This document shows, in pieces, positions 59,801 to 64,000 of a DNA stretch of 64,000 bases (position 1 is the stretch's first letter; every line of letters begins with the position of its first letter). The notes beneath the pieces are model-generated. The model made no database searches. It saw only the letters and a list, made by a program, of their open reading frames with translations, and was not told where the DNA came from. The DNA lies in assembly GCA_965658115.1 (NCBI GenBank), contig CBFHRA010000003.1, positions 55,617-119,616 on the forward strand, written 5' to 3'. The DNA comes from Candidatus Arcticimaribacter sp. (GTDB lineage: Bacteria > Bacteroidota > Bacteroidia > Flavobacteriales > Flavobacteriaceae). The position numbers were made by a program, and so were the translations under genes.

Positions 59801-60417
59801 TAGAGCATCCCAATGGCAGGAATGGTCAGCAGTCCCATAAAGTGCACCCCAAACGATAATCCAATCACAAAGGCGATGAGCAGTAACCAGCGATCACCAC
59901 GGGGGGTGTTCATTTCTCTTTCCCAGCGCAAGGCCATCCAGAATAAGGCAGACAGTATACAGGTCGCCATGGCATACACCTCGGCTTCTACTGCGTTAAA
60001 CCAAAAACTATCTGAAAAACAAAATGCTAGTGCACCTACTGCAGCACTCCCAAAATAGCCCATGGCTTCTCTCTTATCTGTAATTTCTTTAAAAGAAGGG
60101 AGTTTTCGCAATAAAAGCGTGAGAGATAAGTAGAGAAAAAGGACAGTAAAGGCACTAGAAAAAACCGACATCAAATTCACCATCAAGGCAATTTTTTCTG
60201 GTCCAGTGGCAAAAAGAGCAAAGAAGGCACCCATCATTTGGAAAAAAGGAGCTCCTGGGGGGTGACCTACTTGTAGCTTTGCCGAAGTGGCAATGTATTC
60301 TCCAGCATCCCAAAAACTTGCTGTGGGTTCAACGGTTAATCCAAAGGTGAGTAAGGCAATTATAAATACTTCGGTCGCGACGATGCGATTCCAAAAGGTA
60401 AGTTGTTTAGCTGTCAT
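56866..60417 (-). CDS. DUF2723 / TMEM260-like multi-TM protein (putative GT-C protein O-glycosyltransferase)
   Basis: SFWDAGEYI, HPPGAP, AVEAEVYA, EPRERDY, NWDDHDRS, GDNDTF..WY.Q..EG.R.DV. Confidence 0.88.
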   Translation of the reverse strand: MTAKQLTFWNRIVATEVFIIALLTFGLTVEPTASFWDAGEYIATSAKLQVGHPPGAPFFQMMGAFFALFATGPEKIALMVNLMSVFSSAFTVLFLYLSLTLLLRKLPSFKEITDKREAMGYFGSAAVGALAFCFSDSFWFNAVEAEVYAMATCILSALFWMALRWEREMNTPRGDRWLLLIAFVIGLSFGVHFMGLLTIPAIGMLYFFKNTKKVTFKNFITANIVSVAILLFIFKMLLPSTLALFSKMEVFFVNQVNLPFNSGTIITGILFLVFFYYSLRFTRAKNYINLNTGILCVLFVLLGFSSWIMLPIRANANTVINENSPSDARQLLAYYNLEQYPETKLFYGPMFSDMYAGQDDFEPYIDDKPKYERDEKTGRYVIVNHWENARINANSNHKGFLPRLWSAEHAENYINFTGPLEFSIRPEYRGSEELYQRVAQFRQDAAEGVLSGEDYHNFYKTMSRYIDIEKPTFFANLYYFFTYQVDYMYLRYFLWNFAGRQDDIQGKYTILHGNWLSGIPFIDEIRLGNQSAISEDAKNNKARNTYFFLPFILGLMGVLFLYQQDKKRFWVLLLFFLFTGLALKVYLNERPFEPRERDYALVGSFYVFAIWIGMGAFYLSNELRRVWNNAWARPIAVAVCLLAVPFLMAYQNWDDHDRSGRYTAQSVAKSYLTSIQEDKGAMIFTIGDNDTFALWYAQDIEGYRTDVRPINTSLLATDWYIDQMKRKTYESEPIPSQLTHDKYAYGIRDYIKYEPLADSLRWDIKDFVNWVASDDPRTKYKSLIAQSGGDPALYPMGTQEMIFYPTNKIRVPVNVENVIKSGLVTEKDRDQIVPYIDIDLPKSGLYKNQLMMLDILANNDWERPIYFTGGSYADSEYLWMKEYLQLEGLVYKLVPIKTPLNPVNPYIMGRLDANLMYEIVKQWEWGNSNSPDIYHDPETRKNSISYRSNMVRLAEVLIDEGKDQKAEEIMDLALEKMPIKYFGYYSLLTPFVDAYYRIEKKEKAREVFEAVAKKHQSQLDYFDSLSLDLRYELGEEILTEVERYRALVDAVLDNKDNEKAGEYIQNFRSYSRAFAFLYGEYDYYTAMEEFVEGLYLAGEIEDARALANKISKVYDERLEVIQGFEPERQLELRSRIMDEINGYRRILLYVNLYDNEAQRDSLENKIYNRIKDLVIFDDMIEGN

Positions 60418-60495
60418 AGGTGGCCCTTAATGCTTACGAAAATACGTATTCTAAAATTAATTCTCTTGGGATTTAACAATTCCGTTTTTGTTTCA

Positions 60496-60981
60496 TTACA
60501 GCTTTTCAAAAAGACCTAAATCTTTGTTTTTTTGGACTTCGTTCCATAAAAAATATTGCCCTTGCATGGTGATGTAAACATTGGGGGAAAGGGTTTGCGA
60601 AAAGGAGAGGGCACAGCCCAAATTAAAAAATCCATCAGAAGAGCTCCCAAAAGCATAAGGGATCATCGCACCAGTTAAAACAATGGTTTTGTCCAGTTTA
60701 AGTAGGGCTAAACGTTTAGCGGTATTCACCATGGTATCGGTACCATGGGTAATAACAATTGATTTAGCACTGGTGGTGGTGCAGGCTTTTTCTATGCGCT
60801 GTAAATCCTCTTCTGTAAAAGCTAAACTATCCTTTAATAATAAAGGGGTAACATGAACAGGGAGCTTACAGCGACTGCGCTCTAACATTTTGGGGATATG
60901 GGTGTGTTCAAAATACAATTCCCCTTTGATGTGGTCATAGGTCTTGTCAAAAGTACCTCCGGTAACGATGAGTTGTATCAT
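60496..60981 (-). CDS. Asparaginase N-terminal-domain-only protein
   Basis: TGGTFDK, KDS, THGTDTM, LTGAMIP, FNLG; 161 aa; ATG at 60981. Confidence 0.85.
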   Translation of the reverse strand: MIQLIVTGGTFDKTYDHIKGELYFEHTHIPKMLERSRCKLPVHVTPLLLKDSLAFTEEDLQRIEKACTTTSAKSIVITHGTDTMVNTAKRLALLKLDKTIVLTGAMIPYAFGSSSDGFFNLGCALSFSQTLSPNVYITMQGQYFLWNEVQKNKDLGLFEKL

Positions 60982-61087
60982 ACCTTTTTTTAGATAAATG
61001 TAAACTTTGATGCACATATAAAAAAGCAACTTATACAATAGTATTAACTCTAAATAGGAAAGTTATTAGTTTAAACGAAAAAATAGG

Positions 61088-61118
61088 TTTGTAAAGTCCT
61101 ACTTTTATTTTAAATTTG
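61088..61118 (+). promoter_or_regulatory. Canonical Bacteroidetes promoter for tRNA-Gln
   Basis: TTTG (61088-61091), 19-nt spacer, TAAATTTG (61111-61118). Confidence 0.8.
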
Positions 61119-61127
61119 CACCGCAAT

Positions 61128-61200
61128 TGGCCCATGGTGTAACTGGCAACACGTCTGATTTTGGTTCAGAAGAGTCTAGGTTCGAGCCCTAGTGGGCCAA
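61128..61200 (+). tRNA. tRNA-Gln(TTG), CCA not encoded
   Basis: Acceptor stem TGGCCCA/TGGGCCA, anticodon arm TCTGA-TTTTGGT-TCAGA, T arm CTAGG-TTCGAGC-CCTAG. Confidence 0.96.
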
Positions 61201-61201
61201 C

Positions 61202-61229
61202 AAAAACCCTCAAGAAATTGAGGGTTTTT
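61202..61229 (+). terminator. Rho-independent terminator after tRNA-Gln
   Basis: AAAAACCCTCAA-GAAA-TTGAGGGTTTTT perfect inverted repeat. Confidence 0.9.
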
Positions 61230-61294
61230 CTTTTTCCCTCCGTTGTAGCTCATGAAAATTATGTACTTTAATCATTGAATTAAACCTAATTAGC

Positions 61295-62572
61295 ATGAAA
61301 AAAGCCCGCATTTTATTACTGCTCCTTCTTTTTGTTGGGGTCGTTTATCTTACCCAAAAAGAAACTTTACCCGCTTATACTCCAGCGCGGGATTACATTG
61401 ATTTAGAAGAAGAATTGGTAGAACAATTTATCTTGGCAAAAGACAGTTCTGTCATTGAACTACCTGAAGGTCATTTCTTGTTTTCTCAATCCCTTAGTTT
61501 AGACAACAAAACCCACTTAACCATCAAAGGACAAGGAGTGGATAAGACCGTGTTGTCTTTTAAAGGACAAACTTCTGGCGCAGAAGGAATCAAGATTACC
61601 AATAGTCAAAACATCACCCTAGAAGATTTTGCCATTGAAGATGCTGTGGGCGATAATTTAAAAATTAGCGAATCAGACAGCGTTGTCATGCGCCGTATTC
61701 GCTCTGCATGGACAGGAGAAGTTTCTGTTCAAAATGGCGCTTATGCCCTCTATCCAGTACTTTCTACTAATGTGGTTATCGAAGAATGTGAGGCGATCGG
61801 CTCTTCAGATGCGGGGATCTATGTGGGACAATCAAATAATGTGATCATTCGTAACAATAAGGCCTTTTACAATGTCGCTGGAATTGAAAGCGAAAACAGC
61901 ACCAATGTTGAAATCTATGGCAATGAAGCCTATGAAAACACCAGCGGCTTATTGATTTTCAACCTTCCTGAACTCACTTTATACGGGGGTCAAGTCAATG
62001 CTTATAACAACAATATTCACGATAACAACCTCACCAATTTTGCAGTAAAAGGTTCTATAGTAAGTGCAGTACCAAAGGGGGCTGGAGTAGTGATTATGGC
62101 GACAAAAGATGTGCAGTTTCACAATAACATTGTCGCGAATCATAAAACGACCAATTTAAGTATCGTTTCTTATGAAATCTTTGCAGCAGAAGAAGACGAG
62201 CAACGTGAAACAACAGTTAACGATGAAGCTCAAGCCCGGGGTTTAAGAGCGATTGAAAGTGACTATAAAGATGACAAAGCCTATAACCCTTATCCCGGGA
62301 GAATTGATGTAAGAGATAATCGCTTTTCTAACAAACATTTTTTCCCCACCTTTTCAAATGACTTTGGGATATTGTGGCTTGTAAAAAACAGTGCGAACAT
62401 TCCAGATATTGCCTATGATGGGATTTTTGCTCCGGGGGGATCTTTACAAGATGAAGAGCATAAATTATGTATTCAAAACAATGGTGAAGCCTCTTTTGTT
62501 TATCTCGATGCTGCACACGATTTTGAAGGTTTCACGAATGATCAAAGCCCTTTTGATTGTTTAATAAATTAG
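61295..62572 (+). CDS. Parallel beta-helix repeat protein (TIGR03805-like)
   Basis: G.G.DKTVLSFKGQ..GAEG, NGAYALYPV, SDAGIYVGQS, NVAGIE.ENS, N.HDNN..NFA..G.IV..VP.G.G, PDI.YDG; N-terminal hydrophobic anchor. Confidence 0.85.
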   Translation: MKKARILLLLLLFVGVVYLTQKETLPAYTPARDYIDLEEELVEQFILAKDSSVIELPEGHFLFSQSLSLDNKTHLTIKGQGVDKTVLSFKGQTSGAEGIKITNSQNITLEDFAIEDAVGDNLKISESDSVVMRRIRSAWTGEVSVQNGAYALYPVLSTNVVIEECEAIGSSDAGIYVGQSNNVIIRNNKAFYNVAGIESENSTNVEIYGNEAYENTSGLLIFNLPELTLYGGQVNAYNNNIHDNNLTNFAVKGSIVSAVPKGAGVVIMATKDVQFHNNIVANHKTTNLSIVSYEIFAAEEDEQRETTVNDEAQARGLRAIESDYKDDKAYNPYPGRIDVRDNRFSNKHFFPTFSNDFGILWLVKNSANIPDIAYDGIFAPGGSLQDEEHKLCIQNNGEASFVYLDAAHDFEGFTNDQSPFDCLIN

Positions 62573-62579
62573 AAAATTG

Positions 62580-63686
62580 ATGATGCGGATTGAAGGGGTA
62601 GGTATTGTATTGGCTTGTTTTTTATTCTGTTGTGCTTGTAGTTCAAAAGACGATAAGCGCGTTGCGCCAAAAGCAAGAAAGGCCTCTACCACCCTTATCA
62701 AGAAGACTATCGCGACAGATGATCCTAAACTGCTTTCTGACTACGCCTTTTTTAAAGGGGAATTGAAAGATTTAACACCCGCAGAGCAAGTTTATCCTTA
62801 TGCCATCAACACCCCCTTATTCTCTAATTACGCCGAAAAGGCTCGCTTTATTTACTTACCTAAAGGGAAATCAATGGATTTTACTTCAAATGGACCATTT
62901 GACTTTGACCCTGGTGCAATCTTGATCAAGAACTTCTTTTATCACGCAATTGAAGGAGATACAACATCTCCTAGAAGAATTATAGAAACCCGTTTATTAA
63001 TCAAAGAAGAAAAAGGCTGGAAGCCGCTTAACTATATTTGGAATGAGCAGCAAACCAATGCCGATTTGAATTATGTGGGAAAAAACGTTGCAGTAAACTG
63101 GGAGGATGATCAAGGCGAAAATAAACAAGTTGACTATGTAGTCCCTAATTTAAATCAATGTAAAAACTGCCATAGCAGCGACAATAACATTACCCCTATA
63201 GGGATCACTGCTGCCCAGTTAAATCAACGTTATACTGCCTTGCAACAAGAGATCAATCAACTGGATTATTTTAAACAGCTAGGGATCTTATCCAATTTTA
63301 GTACTGCTGCAGAACACCAGTCTATGCCAGTTTGGAATGATATTCTTAATGCAAGTGTAGAAGAGCGTGCAAAAGCTTATTTAGATGCGAATTGTGCCCA
63401 TTGCCATTCTGCTCAAGGTTCTGCAAAGAACTCTGGTTTGTATTTAAATTACCATCAAAAAGATCAACGTAAACGTGGTATTTTAAAGCCGCCTATCGCT
63501 GCGGGGAAAGGGTCTGGGGATTTTAAATATGATATTGTTCCCGGTCATCCAGAAGAATCAATTTTTATCTATCGAATGAGTAGTAATGATCCTGCGATTC
63601 GTATGCCAGAAATAGGGCGTTCTATTGTACATGAAGAGGGACTCGACTTACTCACCCAGTATATCAAAGAATTACAAAAAGAATAA
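62580..63686 (+). CDS. SO2930-family (TIGR03806-like) diheme c-type cytochrome lipoprotein
   Basis: Two CxxCH motifs (CKNCH, CAHCH); LSDY.FF.G, TPLFSNYAEK.RF, IETRLL, RA.AYLDANC, RMPEIGR..VH.EG; lipobox-like CAC. Confidence 0.85.
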   Translation: MMRIEGVGIVLACFLFCCACSSKDDKRVAPKARKASTTLIKKTIATDDPKLLSDYAFFKGELKDLTPAEQVYPYAINTPLFSNYAEKARFIYLPKGKSMDFTSNGPFDFDPGAILIKNFFYHAIEGDTTSPRRIIETRLLIKEEKGWKPLNYIWNEQQTNADLNYVGKNVAVNWEDDQGENKQVDYVVPNLNQCKNCHSSDNNITPIGITAAQLNQRYTALQQEINQLDYFKQLGILSNFSTAAEHQSMPVWNDILNASVEERAKAYLDANCAHCHSAQGSAKNSGLYLNYHQKDQRKRGILKPPIAAGKGSGDFKYDIVPGHPEESIFIYRMSSNDPAIRMPEIGRSIVHEEGLDLLTQYIKELQKE

Positions 63687-63998
63687 TTAAGGTAAAAGTT
63701 GGTAGGTATAAGCTGCTCTTAAAATTTGGGTATCCTTTAAACTATCAATAAAAAAACTGCGGCGTTCTTTGATTAAAATGGGTTGATGATCCAGATGAAA
63801 AGCATCATTAAGAATCAAGCTCCATCGCCCGTTGTGTTTTACACTATACCCTAAATTTAGTTTAGTTTTTGGATCAAAATAAAATAGCCATTCATCGGTA
63901 GAACCACTTTTAGGGTAACGAACTTCGACTACATCTACTTGCTTTGATTGAATTTTTCTTTGGCCTATATACTTTATTACCGCCGTTGGGTCATTGAG
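63687..63998 (-). CDS. Partial (3' end) hypothetical protein, possibly DUF6503-like; 5' end lies outside the window
   Basis: Open frame LNDPTAVIKYIG...DEWLFYFDPKT...RAAYTYQLLP-stop, not listed in the ORF track. Confidence 0.6.
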   Translation of the reverse strand, partial: LNDPTAVIKYIGQRKIQSKQVDVVEVRYPKSGSTDEWLFYFDPKTKLNLGYSVKHNGRWSLILNDAFHLDHQPILIKERRSFFIDSLKDTQILRAAYTYQLLP

Positions 63999-64000
63999 TT

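Noticed and set aside
60496-61200. Functional link between asparaginase (GatD-like) and tRNA-Gln transamidation
   Set aside because: Lacks GatD extra domains and no gatE/gatB nearby; adjacency alone is not evidence
133-62516. Numerous 60-130 aa ORFs overlapping annotated genes
   Set aside because: Antisense or out-of-frame shadows with no recognisable motifs
61128-64000. tRNA-Gln as integration site of a genomic island
   Set aside because: No integrase, no duplicated tRNA 3' end seen in the window and no obvious composition shift; cannot be excluded beyond the window edge

Overview
A gene-dense, AT-rich segment of a Bacteroidetes chromosome, most likely a streamlined marine Flavobacteriaceae member (inferred from TAnnTT(T/C)G promoters, the single-chain GlyRS, three-gene sdhCAB and typical flavobacterial gene order). 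Most of it is core housekeeping: sdhCAB, glyQS, xth, a heme-biosynthesis supercluster (hemA-C-D-E-F-B divergent from araC-hemH-MATE-hemJ), nrdBA, dGTPase, a DUF2723/TMEM260-like transferase and tRNA-Gln(TTG). No IS, prophage, CRISPR array or rRNA was seen. Four things deserve follow-up. (1) A putative phosphate-starvation module (acidic beta-helix lipoprotein, TonB-dependent receptor, PiT-PhoU fusion, convergent small MORN protein). Its intergenic regions carry 11-bp-phased repeats, two of them exactly 37 bp upstream of a -7 box, and one -7 box lies inside a stem-loop. (2) An uncharacterised beta-helix protein / diheme c-cytochrome lipoprotein pair after the tRNA. (3) A Fur-like palindrome and a near-perfect 18-bp repeat, suggesting an iron -> AraC -> heme-synthesis circuit. 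(4) A DM13 lipoprotein with a nine-repeat mucin-like linker, paired with an outer-membrane protein. All family assignments come from motif recognition by eye, not database searches. Several start codons were moved downstream of the ORF-track starts.
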